DNA from: Psammoneis japonica
Lineage: Eukaryota
NCBI GenBank assembly: GCA_008632985.1
Contig: QPGO01000059.1
Coordinates: forward strand, 372,001-430,902
Reading direction: 5' to 3'
Length of the DNA: 58,902 bases
Of the stretch, positions 36,600 through 48,199 are shown one piece after another. The notes under the pieces are model-generated. The model ran no database searches and had not been told where the DNA came from. It saw only the letters and a program-made list of their open reading frames with translations. Position 1 is the first letter of the stretch. Every line of letters starts with the position of its first letter. Both the position numbers and the translations under genes were made by a program.

Positions 36600-37965
36600 T
36601 TGTTCGTCGTGCGCTTTTCCCGTGCTTTGCGAAAAAGTGGGCCACGACCTCAAGGAATCGATTTCAGTCACAATGGTTGACACTCACTTTGCGCACACTT
36701 GCTTTTTGATGACAAACAAGACAATGTCCACCGTTCAGCAAAATTCCATCATTGGAAAATGTTCGCCGTGGTGGGACCACAGTGAGGTGCCGATCGAATT
36801 TCTGAAAATGGAGCTTTGAAGTGTTCATGCACAGAACAGTGTTGCTCACGCAAAAGTCATCATGCAAAGTGTCGACAGTTTCAGGGAAAAATGATTCCTT
36901 TCACTGATCCATGTGATTTTTGCACCAGCCCACATGTGGCTTGTTGAACGCATGGCATGGCAGGGCCCTGTGAATGCACCGTGACACTTGACACTCACGG
37001 AATCTCGCCATGTGATCAGGTGTCGAGTCATGGAGACATTTCAGAGAAATGGAGTCTTGACAAGATGATCTTGATAAAAATTGCAAGAACACCCACTCTA
37101 GAATCATCAAGCACAAGTGTTCTGGATGTGTTGAAAAGAAGACATTGTTGCCCCTGATGTGGAAGATTTTGCGACTCTTTCTTGCACAGCCGGAACTCTG
37201 TCACCAGCCTCCCTCACCTTTCTGTTTGTCTTGGTCTTTGGAGAAAATCATTCAGTTCATTTGGTTTCTTCAGTTTTGCAATTGTGTTGCATCAGCGCTG
37301 ATGGGTGTCTGTCACATCACAAGTTTGAAGCTTGCATCAACAACTTCTGGTGGGGGCAACCCACAGCTGCTGCAACAAGTGGGCCACAAGAAAAGGCAAG
37401 TTGAACAGCCAGCAGCACACCAGGAAGCCTCACAGGGTTCCCTTTTGGCGGTGCTGACTTGCTGGCTCTTCAACAGCGCTCACTCCAGTGAGTGTCTGAC
37501 ACTGTGTTTGACACTCTTGTTTGGTTTGTGCAACTCTGCTGCATTGGTGCCACCAGGCATCTGTTGCACTGCAAGTTTGAAGACTGCGTTGACAACTTCC
37601 AAGCAACCCACAGCCGCTGCAAGCAGAGCTGGTTTTGAGCTCACTCCAGTGGCAGCAGAAGTGGCAGGTCTGACAACTGAGGCAAATGATGTGGTCACAG
37701 AAGAGTTGACAAGAGTTGCAGGTCTTCTCTGGCACAAAGAAGAAGACCACCTGAGACGAAGTTCTGTCGGGGAGTTTTTGTGTCACAATTTTGTGTTTTG
37801 GCAGTGTGGCAACTGGAAAGCACACAAGAGCACAAGTTTGAACTGTGAAATCAATGGGCAGGAGCACAACAGCGAACGAGGCAATGGGGAGATGATGATT
37901 TTTGCAACCACTCGAAGACTTCATGCTTCATGTGTGGTGGATCGAGCATGCATGTTCACAAAGCG
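36600..37965. other. TpA-depleted hypermutated domain 4 (unidentified decayed element)
   Basis: Only about two TA seen; CpG partly retained; flanks have normal composition. Confidence 0.75.
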
Positions 37966-38185
37966 ACAAATACATCCGGGTTTTGACGATTTTTTGGATT
38001 TCGGATTCGGCGTTTTCGGCTTCGCGAGTGTATGTCTGTGTACGGTACGGTATCTGCAACTCTGCAACTCTACTGTACGGTATTCTCTCTTGAGAGAGGA
38101 GATCCAGCTGTACTTGTCTCACCTCCTTGTTTTGTATAATTTTGTCATTTTAAGACCTTTTTAATATTGTTCGGCGACTAGCAAC

Positions 38186-39078
38186 ATGTTTTCAATCCGA
38201 ACGAGTGCGACGAGGGCTTTGGTCTCGTTGAATCGACCAGGAGGAACCGCATGTGCTGTACGGAGACTCTGGGGGGCACAGTTTTCTTCGTTTGCTCCTC
38301 GAAAGCCATATCGAAAGAACAATCGTCGTCCAAGCAATCGACGAACCGTCAAAAAGGCTGCTGTTGTGACTACAGAATTATCGGAAGATGACGTCCCAAG
38401 CCTTGCAATGGCTAAATCAATGCCGGTTTCTCTGAGAATGATGGACAACACGTCCTTGACCGCAATGGGTGCCAGTGGAAACCACAAGGCTCTCGAGGAA
38501 ATGATAAAAAGGCACATAATGGCGACAGACGAAATCGGCTACCACCAAGCAAGTGAGATTTATGCTGAGATTGAGAAAAAGAATCATGAATGGGAAATCT
38601 TTTTGGCATTTCCATTCCAATCTGCCATTATAGTTCTTTTCACGGCCGGTTGCCTTTCGATTCCGCTAGTGTTTCATCTTCCAACGGTTGAGTTTTTCAA
38701 TGAACACTTTGTTACCGCCGAACACCCTCCAATCAAGGAGCTGGAGACGTCTCTAGAAACAGCAAGTTGGGCATGGAATTGGATGGAGCCAGTGCTAGGA
38801 ACCTCTACGTTTCTGCTTTTGTGCTTGCAGTACATGAGGTGAGTTACTCATTTTCGCTGTTATGGATACGGGAAATGTTGTGATTACAACGCAGTCTCAA
38901 TCTTTGTGTTTGTTGCAGAATGCATTTACGGCACCTTGGTGTGAATCCGTACACTGTTAGAATGAAACGATTGCGCGCACGTCATTTGGCAGATGCATTC
39001 CCTCAGTATAATGAGGAACTTTTGGTTGCATACAGTGAGGCCACGCCATTCTATAACGCCAAAGATTTGTGGTTCTAG
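38186..39078 (+). CDS. Probable mitochondrial membrane protein of unknown function; exons 38186-38838, 38919-39078
   Basis: Arg/Ser-rich presequence, two TM segments, WAWNWMEP motif; in-frame intron (813 nt CDS). Confidence 0.75.
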
Positions 39079-39538
39079 ACAAGTCACAATGTGTACATAC
39101 TGTCACACCTATGAAGTGTTGTGACGCACTGTCAAGTGGGAACTCAAAAAAAACTCATATGTAACATGTTTAAGATTGCATTCTCCCTTCTTTCTGAAGT
39201 TTGAACTCATCATTTCGCCGGATACCGTGCGGTGCTCCAGCCCCCTTGACATTGAATAGTCGCTACTAAATTACCGTATGAGAGCCCTACTATCCGGCCG
39301 GATGTGATGGAGAGACCATGCGAATCAAAATATCAAAATTTGAAAATATCTTGGTATCCTAATAATAGATCTGATAACACTGGATCTTTCTCACAACGTG
39401 ACGACACTACTTGTGCGCTTTCACAAGAGTAGTAGTAGCAGTCCATCAGTAATACTCTGGAGAGAATAGGAAGATACCTCGGCTTGAGTTCATCGCACGT
39501 CAACATCAAAACTTTGCTGTACCCTCTCTAAAAAGACC

Positions 39539-40419
39539 ATGATTCGCAAGCTCCTACTTGTCTTGGCATTTGCAGGCGTCGCCAGTGGCAAAATGATGCC
39601 GCCCAAGTCGTTTCTTTCGTCTTCTGCGTTGTCCGTTCGCGGTGGAGCAGAACCCATCGAAACGGCTGTCAAAGCTGGATCTAGCCTTCTCGACCCACGC
39701 TTGGTAGCTAATGTTGCCATGGGCATTAGCCTGCTTCAAGGCTCATACTGTGTGCTTGCTCCTGTCAAGGCTTGGGAGATGTATGGGTCAGAGAGCGAGG
39801 CAGCGGGATTCACGAGCTGATTATGGAAAGGATCGGGGCCGTGTTAGTTGGCCTTTTCCTGACATCTTACTGGCTCATCTCAAAAGAGAGCAGCGTTTCA
39901 GCTGCAGTTGGTGTGGGCTGTCTTCCGTTTGTTGTTTACTTGGTCAAGAGCATTCTAAACGGAACCGCAAAGACTCTAGGGTACCCTCAAGGCGCTGATT
40001 TGCTTGCATTAGCCATCACCGGAACTGTCGCATGCTTGGGAATGACGGACTCGTCCAAGTTTGGGACAGCTCTGAAGGCCTTTGGATTCTGGAATGCTGC
40101 CAATTGTTTGCTTCTTCTGGTTGAGCGTGCTGATCGTTGCAAATTCTGGGGATCAGAAATCTCCAGCACTGCAGAGACTTTGCAGGCAAGGGTTCTTGGA
40201 TGTTGGATGTTGTCGGCCGGAATCATGCAGCTTGCTCTTGACCAAGGAATGGACAGTCTCAAGGCTTTGGGATTTTCCTGGATTGCCACATTAGCTGTCT
40301 CGGTGACAATTGCCTTCATTGCCAAAGAGGTCGAATCCTTAGAGATTGACAAGATTCCTCACTGCGTCTGGATGGTGGTTGAGCTGGCTGTGAGTGGGAC
40401 GCTGGCCATTTTGTCATAA
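39539..40419 (+). pseudogene. Frameshifted multi-pass membrane protein gene (signal peptide, VRGG motif)
   Basis: Two overlapping ORFs continue each other across a frame break at ~39810; the 3' part is TA-depleted. Confidence 0.6.
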
Positions 40420-42050
40420 AATGAAGGACGTCCGAACACATGTTTCGCAGTTGTGGGGGTCCGTTCAAGAGTGCATTGAACACGTTGAGATCAAGATGGC
40501 TTTAAAAATCAGTGTAGATTTGCATTGTTGAGCACCATTTTAGCTCCGACGCGACCAATCGCCGCCCCCAACACTGCAATGGCACCACACAACCTGCTTT
40601 CCCACCGTTGTCGGTTTGTCGCGTTCTCACCCATGCTTGTCACTGCAGCTCGAAACATGAGCGCAGGAAAGATGAAAATGAGTGAAGTTCCAAACACAGC
40701 ACCAGACATGCTCGCCACGAACGTCAGGTCCTGAACATTTGGCGCAAGGCGGCAACAAAAGACACCAACCCCACCGAAAGGTTTCTGAGGAGTGAATCGG
40801 TTCGTCGTTTCTCCGGGACGTTTGACAAATCAAGAAATCCATCACAAGTTCCAACAAACAAGAGAGGACAGGAGAACACCAGGGAGAGCGCCATGGCAAA
40901 CTGACTGAACTGATGAGAGCATCGTTTGTTGCGCAGTCATTCAGTGTCAACCCCTGCGTTGCTGATCCAAAGGTTGAGAATCCCAGGACGTCACCAGTGC
41001 GTACATTGCCATTGATGTGCCAAACGATGCACTCACGACTCGGTTGAAGCAGCTCAGCGTGTTGTTCTTTAATTCCCTGAAAAAGTTGGGGGCATTGAAA
41101 TGAGCAATGTACGCTGTGCTCAGCATGCAAATGAGAATCAATGAGTTTGGACTCAACGCGCCTGTTGCACCTGTTGAACCAAATGCCGGTTGCACAGTGG
41201 TTGGCAAGTCTGCCAAGAATCGCCCCCCTGGTGTCGCATGGGAACCATCAAAGAATCGAGTGACGACTGCGATCGCGGTGCATGTCATTCCAGATGTGCC
41301 AAGCAAAGAAAATGGAGCCAACAACGACAGATTCTTCACTGGACACAATGGCAAGAGTGCAGCTCCTGTCAATCCAAGCAAGGCCCTTGATTTCGTGACA
41401 TTGATTCCAGTTGCAGCCAGCAGATCCTTGAATGTGTGAGAAAGCACCATGCTGTGCATCAAATTTCCAGCAAAGCAGTCCAGACACGAGGGTGCAGCCA
41501 CAATCCAAGCTGTGCGTGTCCCTCTGGTCTTTTGTCCCAGGCATCAGCGTAAGAGTTGGCTCCTGTGAGCAAGCATGCTCATGCAATCAAGGAAAATGTG
41601 CATGCAGAAATGAAACCCATGACTGCAATGAGGATGATTGCAGGAATGAGTGCACTCGGGGCATCACCGAAAGCGGTGACACCAGCCGGCAAACTCAGAA
41701 TTCCAGCCCCAATGATGCTCTTGACCAGATTGAACATTTCGTTTGGAATGGCAGCTGTTCCTTCTGAAATGTTCTCTGCTGCCATGGCTCCTCCACCTGC
41801 CATGCGTGTCACACTGTTGCTTTCCTTCTTTTTGTGATTTGACCTTGTTGCCAAACAAGCACTCTGCTCCCACCTGCTTGGAGAGCCACATTGACGAGGC
41901 AACGCTGCATCATTGAAACAATGTGTCGGGGCAATGTGTGCAAAGAAAGCAGCAACACGCCAATGGCATCCGTTTTGCAACGTCTCATGGTCGCTCTTCT
42001 TGTTGGCACAATCGCTGATCGCTGAGCGGCAGGAAATTGGCGCAGAAAAA
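39990..42050. other. TpA-depleted hypermutated domain 5 (CpG largely retained)
   Basis: About ten TA left in ~2 kb, mostly TTA/TAA, while many CG survive. Confidence 0.8.
40509..41990 (-). pseudogene. Amino acid transporter (Aa_trans/SLC38-like) pseudogene
   Basis: FNLVKSIIGAGILSLPAG, KNLSLLAPFSLLG, LSTAYIAHFNAP, GAVFGTSLIFIFPALMF spread over several frames; Tyr->Cys/His changes. Confidence 0.85.
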
Positions 42051-42332
42051 AATGGCGGACAAACGTCATCCCGGACGTCCGCCAGACTTGAGACTGTGGC
42101 GCGGAAATCTCGTTTGGAATTTACAGTCCCGGTAGTTGTGTTGTGGGAATGTTCAATTTCGATTGAGCTACTAGTCTACGTTACTTCGTTGCTTGACTCT
42201 ACTCTAGAGTAAAAGTATCGTATCTGTTGGGCATCGTTGTTCATTGATTGGTCTTTTAAACTTATCTTTAAAATGAAATATCTTTTTCAAAAAAAGATGT
42301 GTTCAAAATAATGCAAAATCAAAAGTAGATTT

Positions 42333-42929
42333 TTACCGTCTCAAGACTCGCTGTTGCTGTTGCTGTTGACTATGAATCATCATTTCTACCCATATTGTAT
42401 TGGGATCCAATCGGTCAGTACTAGTACTCTTGTGTCGTCTCATGGAATAAGGACCAACGTTTTTCCTTGTCGACACATTGTCATTGTCGACAATTAGCAA
42501 GACATCCTGTGATTTGCGATTGTGAACAAGCACAGGTTTCTTCATTGTCTTGTTGCTGCTATTCTTCTTTGTCTTCTCGAGAGGCGATGGGTAGTCCATG
42601 ACGGCTTCTGGAACCATCCAGTATCGAACAGCGTCTTGAATATTCGTTGGCAATGATGCTGATGATGATGCTGATGGGTCTTGGTGTCTTTCGCCGTCGT
42701 CGTCATTATTTGTTGTTGTGGATGTTACTTCACTCGCATCGACGGGTTTGTTCTTTCCCAAGCCCAAATCATAACTTTGTCGATTCTTTGCAAAGCGCGG
42801 CAGGGCGGAACTTGAAAGATCATGGTGTGTGTGTGGACTTGAAGAACCAATCACAAAGGCAAACGAGGATGGGAGCGATGTTGCCAAGAGCAACACGGCT
42901 GTCGTCATGATGTGGCTGTTGCGTGTCAT
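42333..42929 (-). CDS. Hypothetical plastid-targeted protein
   Basis: Signal peptide ending SSFAF-V, S/H-rich transit-like region, YDLGLGKNKP and DPNTIWVEMMIH blocks. Confidence 0.65.
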   Translation of the reverse strand: MTRNSHIMTTAVLLLATSLPSSFAFVIGSSSPHTHHDLSSSALPRFAKNRQSYDLGLGKNKPVDASEVTSTTTNNDDDGERHQDPSASSSASLPTNIQDAVRYWMVPEAVMDYPSPLEKTKKNSSNKTMKKPVLVHNRKSQDVLLIVDNDNVSTRKNVGPYSMRRHKSTSTDRLDPNTIWVEMMIHSQQQQQQRVLRR

Positions 42930-43460
42930 GATTGGATGGAAATGAAATGTCCAATGAAAGAGATTCTTGAGTTGTCCTGCTGGCTCAGAGCTTGCGCAGA
43001 TTGCAGATGGGCTGATGAGTTTGTGTGCCTCACGAAAGTATTGTGAAGAATTTCGAAAAAGTCGCCACGACCACTTTCATGACCAACTCATTGCGGTTAC
43101 CCGCGTAGAAAATGTACTGTCTCCTACGTGTTTTGCACAGGAATGACTTCGATGGAAAGCGCGCCAACATTTATTGCGACTCGTTAGACTCGAATTGCTG
43201 CTCGAGCTCGCGAACGAGTTCGAACTTCAAAGAACAAGAATGCACATGAGTTAGTTTGTCTTTCTCAAGAGTAAAGGGCATCCAATAGTGTCCGATACAA
43301 AATTGAAAATGCACAGACAACTTACGAGTTACTAAACAACATTCTACATGGGATCATACTGATGACAATGTATGTAAATTCTCATACAAATTCTACGCTA
43401 GAAAATCTGCGGTGCATCGTCTCACACTTTCACGCATTTTGCGTTTCTTCTCCCGTCACC

Positions 43461-44634
43461 ATGGGTAAATACGTTCAGGTGCGTGTGAAATTTGTATCGC
43501 TGCGTTACGTAATGCATACCGCGAGCATCTGTCATGTTTGATGGAGAGTGCTGCGGTGTTCAATTGGAAGCAGCGGCAGTGACAAATTCATGATGATGCT
43601 TGCTTCGTTGTTGTTGTCGTTGCTCATGGCCGAGAAAATCCGTTCGGGTTATCAGTCCAACTTGAACTGCTCCCACTTTTTTCAAGAATTTTTTGAATTC
43701 TAACCCAACTTAGTGTTTTCCTTCTCTCTACTTTCATATAACTCGGGCATGAACACTTAAACTTCTCATTCATGTCTCTCCCTCGACTCCTTTTGATATA
43801 CCCTACTGCTGTAATTACATCTTTGCGATGCCAACAACGTATTGGATAATGCATTGATTATTATTTTACAAATTACAGGCGCAACGTAAGGGTAAGGGCG
43901 GCATTTTCGTCGCTCACACGCGCACCCGCAAGGGTGCCGTCAAGCTCCGTCCTTTGGACTATGCGGAAAAGCACGGTTACATTCGTGGTGTGGTGAAGGA
44001 AATTCTTCACGATCCCGGTCGCGGTGCTCCCGTGGCCAAGGTGCAGTTTCTCAACGCGTACCGTTACAAGCGCGACACGGAACTTTTGCTCTGTACCGAA
44101 GGCATGTACACGGGCCAATTCATCTACTGCGGTAGCAAGGCTACTCTAGAAGTTGGCAATGTTTTGCCCCTTTCGGCTGTTCCCGAGGGTACGATCGTCT
44201 GCAACATTGAAGCCAAGGTTGGTGACCGTGGCTCGTTTGCTCGCGGATCCGGTGCCTTTGCCGTGGTTGTCACTCACGATGAGGACAATGGCACGACCCG
44301 TTTGCGTTTGCCATCGGGTGGTAAAAAGACGGTCCCGTCCAATGTCCGTGCCCAGATTGGTGTCGTGGCCGGAGGTGGACGTACCGACAAGCCACTCTTG
44401 AAGGCCGGAAACGCCTACCACAAGTACCGCGTCAAGCGCAACTGCTGGCCCAAGATTCGTGGTGTGGCCAAGAACCCCGTGGAGCATCCCCACGGTGGTG
44501 GTAACCACCAGCACATTGGTATGCCTTCCACTGTGTCCAAGGAGCGTCCTGCTGGTCGTAAGGTTGGTTTGATTGGTGCCCGCCGTACCGGACGTCTTCG
44601 TGGAGTCAAGAAGACTGCTCAGGATAAGGATTAA
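43461..44634 (+). CDS. RPL8: 60S ribosomal protein L8 (uL2); exons 43461-43478, 43879-44634
   Basis: [46 protein letters not shown]; strong codon bias. Confidence 0.97.
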
Positions 44635-45370
44635 AACGAATAACAGTAGAGAAACGTTGTTTCTTGGATATTTTTGTAATGGAATGGAGTGTAAGTCGGC
44701 GTAATTGTACGTAGTAATTATTGGGTTCCAACCTGTGAACAACGAATTCGCGAGAAAGAGGACGTCTGACAGACAACCACTCTAGATCTCTAGCTAGAGG
44801 CTATGGGGATGGTCCTACTTCAAACTTACCTACCTGCTGTCGAGACCGTACTACTCTTGGAATTTTCGGAATCCGCTGGCTGATCCAATCAGAATCTGTC
44901 AACACTTATCAACTTGGCGCATGCATACAGTTGCAAGTTGTCATACTGTAATAGATCGTCGCCATGTCAAATGTTCCCGGTGTCGCTAGCTCTCTTGCCG
45001 TGGGGGTTTGTCTGCTACTGATTATGTACAGTTTACGGTACATCATCTTACTTGCAGGATTTCTTCTTTTTGCCTTTGCATACTACTCTGGAGAGATTGA
45101 AAGGGAGAAGGAAGAAGAAGAATTATCAAGGCTTGCAGCGAGGAATGCGTTTCGCGTACCACGCCACCCCACCTATTCTAGCACTTATGCCGCCACGCGA
45201 ATCACAGCAATCTGGGGGAAGTCTCCAGCCAGCTGCTGGCTGAAAAAAGTCTGCTCGTCAGTGCGTTTGGGGGTTTTGCAAGTACAATTTTTACGTACGC
45301 NACATGTGGGCGTGCATTAAAATAGGTCTGGGGGTCAAAAACTCCAAATCGCGACCCCCAAGTGTTCCAT

Positions 45371-45690
45371 ACTACAAATTGCAAAACAATTGCGCGATAC
45401 ACGTGCCCGAAGGTCGAATATCGTTGCCCGAAGCAACATTCTTCCTTCGCGCAGATGTCCATTCTACATTGTACATGGTATTGAAAATCTTATTGTAGTC
45501 GCATGAGTCGTTGAAGTAATTTCATCAATGACCTCTGTGGTACTGTGCTACGTGATCTACACAAATCGGACATTCTCGAATGCTGGTATATTTTCTACGG
45601 TCTCTACGTGCGCGAAGCTCGAATTTCGTGCCCGAAGCAACAATCACCCTTCGGGCACGTGTATCGCGCAATTGTTCAGCAATTCGTAGT
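45371..45690. mobile_element. Foldback/inverted-repeat element fragment
   Basis: 43-bp near-perfect IR actacaaattgcaaaacaattgcgcgatacacgtgcccgaagg (45371-45413) vs 45648-45690; internal tgcccgaag repeats. Confidence 0.6.
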
Positions 45691-45758
45691 AGTTTCAAAG
45701 TCATCGAAAATATCCAAAAACACTTCTAGCACTTGCCGCCACGCGAATCACAGCAATC

Positions 45759-45966
45759 TGGGGGAAGTCTCCAGCCAGCTGCTGGCTGAAAAAAGTCTGC
45801 TCGTCAGTGCGTTTGGGGGTTTTGCAAGTACAATTTTTACGTACGCTAAAGAAAACGAGTCTGTCCAGCGTTCACCAAAACCCCCTAACGCACAGATCGA
45901 CAGACTCTTTCAGTACAAATCCTACATAAAATTCTTCAGCCAGCAGCTGGCTGGAGACTTCCCCCA
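45759..45966. mobile_element. 208-bp MITE with 32-bp perfect TIRs, TG...CA ends and AATC target-site duplication
   Basis: tgggggaagtctccagccagctgctggctgaa (45759-45790) / ttcagccagcagctggctggagacttccccca (45935-45966); aatc at 45755-45758 and 45967-45970. Confidence 0.85.
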
Positions 45967-46259
45967 AATCCAAGAAACAACCACGACCATCTCAAGCACA
46001 AGCACGCCACGAGGGAGGATGCAGAACTGGAGGTGGCAAGAATGAAGCTCTGCGGCTACGAAGGCAGTGATCGATTGAACGTGTACTACAATAGGGAATA
46101 TGACGGCTGGTATGTTGGGCGAAGCAAAATGGGATACTAGGTTGTTCTGCCATGAGCCCACTTTTGTGATGTCCGCCGTATCTTATGTTAGTAGCCAAAC
46201 ATTGCGTCTTAAATTCTAATTCTTTCTTGTATCTACTGGCCGCCTGCTTGGTACTTAGG

Positions 46260-47390
46260 CTACACATCTTCCATCAAAACATCAAAAACTCGATCTAAAA
46301 GCTCTTGTTTTGATCCGGTGCGCTTCAAGTTGCGCTTGCGCAAAATGTCTTGAAGCTGCTCCCGCGTGAGTTCCTTCAAACTGTTCTGGATGGAATCCTT
46401 GATGGGCATGGATTCGGGTACCTTCATAAATTCAATATTATCGTCTTCATAAAAATCACGAGATATCATGTGCAACGACGGTAGGCTATGAATAATGTCT
46501 TGAGCATTGCCAATGGACGGGGACGCTTCCAAGGCTGCCTTGCAACAGAGTTTACATTCCTCCTCTCGATTGCCCATGGCGTCGCTGTGGAGTGCCAAGT
46601 AAACCCAAGCCGACAATTTCCATAACTTGACGTCCAACTCTCGACTCCCTCCAGTGGGAGAGCATGCAATGTTGTAAAGCTTGGCACGAGCGACAATCAT
46701 GTCTCCAACGTTTTGTGCTAGAGACGCAGAAAACATGTCGAGAGCAACTTTGTGAACCTTGCGAGTTTCGCCCATTAATTCTTCATCATCATCCACCTGT
46801 TCTGTTGTATATTGTTTCATTTTCAATCGACACGCATCTCTCCATATCCGTTCTTCACTCGCCACCTGCTGAAAGCGCCCTTCAAAGAAGTTTGCAGCGC
46901 TCTCTAGAATTTCTGCCGCTCGTTCATAGTCCTCTAAATAATACTTGACCATCCCCGCTTGCCACAGGTACGCTTCCGGCTTGTTTTCAAACACTACATC
47001 AAATGCTTCATTGGCTTGAGTCAAATCCATCATTTTCAAGGCTTGCATACCCCGTTCGGTTTCTTCAAACACGAGCCGCTCCACGGCGGATGCTTGTCGC
47101 AAAAAGTCTTGTTGCATTGCGGTGGGATTCATGGGATAATCCTTGGCGTCGGGAATGGCAGACGTTTTTCCAATCACGACATCGTCTTTGCGATCCAATC
47201 GGCGCTTTTCTTCCTTTCGACGTTCTTTTGCAGAGGCACTGAGATTGTTTTCCGAAGAAGAAGAAGAAGATAGTCGCCATGATGTTGTCACGTGTTGTTG
47301 TCTGTGCTGCTTATGGGTATTCACAAAGGCATGACTCACATTCTGGCTCCATACACACAGTATTAGAGGGATTATATATAGCTGAATCAT
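46260..47390 (-). CDS. Plastid-targeted TPR-like protein with C-terminal SAP domain
   Basis: Signal peptide + SHAF-V; PEAYLWQAG..YY, SEERIW TPR-like block; LTREQLQDILRKRNLKRTGSKQELLDRV SAP motif. Confidence 0.8.
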   Translation of the reverse strand: MIQLYIIPLILCVWSQNVSHAFVNTHKQHRQQHVTTSWRLSSSSSSENNLSASAKERRKEEKRRLDRKDDVVIGKTSAIPDAKDYPMNPTAMQQDFLRQASAVERLVFEETERGMQALKMMDLTQANEAFDVVFENKPEAYLWQAGMVKYYLEDYERAAEILESAANFFEGRFQQVASEERIWRDACRLKMKQYTTEQVDDDEELMGETRKVHKVALDMFSASLAQNVGDMIVARAKLYNIACSPTGGSRELDVKLWKLSAWVYLALHSDAMGNREEECKLCCKAALEASPSIGNAQDIIHSLPSLHMISRDFYEDDNIEFMKVPESMPIKDSIQNSLKELTREQLQDILRKRNLKRTGSKQELLDRVFDVLMEDV

Positions 47391-48199
47391 TGTTTTAACA
47401 AACTTCGCTGATGGTGCTTTGGATAGACAACAGCTCCAACGAACGCCATTGCGATGCAGAATTTTGATTTTCGTGCCGAGCGGTTGGATTGGTGGCAGCT
47501 TTCTACGTAATATTTGTGTAGAAACTTACATACGAGAGACGTCGTATCTCTCTATCTAGGTACAGTATCTACTCTATAGGTATGTACAGAGTATCCTTCA
47601 GAGTCTGTCTGTGTCCCGTTTGAATCTCTCCGAGACTTTTTTTGGAACAGTTGTTGAGTTTATTTTTTGAAAAAGCATCTCACATGAATTGCCAATCACC
47701 AACGGTTTTCCTCTTTCCTTGCCATTTTTCAGCTCAGCACCGGAGTGCAGCTCACAACCTAGAGGATAACTCACTTGTTTTTTGTGCTGCTCCACTTTTT
47801 TAAGTGGCGCTGCTTTGACACATCATTCTTTGAACAGCGCCACAGAGAGAGCTCATCGTTGACCGCGATGGATCCCCTGACAAGCAAATGCTTGAAACCA
47901 TCATCTGTGGACAAGTGTCTGGCAAATTCTCTATCTAAGACCTTCACACCAAAAAAGCTTGCATCATGCACCCATGGTTGCATCACCTTCACATCCTGTC
48001 CAGCCAACACTGAATGCTGCCACCTTCTGTGCTCAAGAAAGAGCACCCGGGGCACGGCATCTGCTGCGAGACCTCCATCATGAACAAAGCACTCAATGCT
48101 CTGATGAAAAATGAACAAACCACCCCCCAATGTGTAAAGTGAGTGGCTGTCACAAGTCATTCTTGCTCCTGAGCCTCATCAGAAAGATGTCGCGGACAT

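Larger units (their letters stand above)
44964..46045 (+). pseudogene. Small membrane-protein gene interrupted by a MITE (and a duplicated segment at an N gap)
   Basis: Removing the MITE plus one AATC joins ...ATRITAI to QETTTT...RWQE* in frame (107 aa). Confidence 0.55.

Noticed and set aside
44146..44742. 198-aa antisense ORF over RPL8
   Set aside because: Shadow ORF caused by the strong codon bias of the sense gene.
45176..45300. 125-bp direct repeat of 45724-45846 as a real duplication
   Set aside because: It ends exactly at the N at 45301; a contig-overlap or haplotype artefact is more likely.
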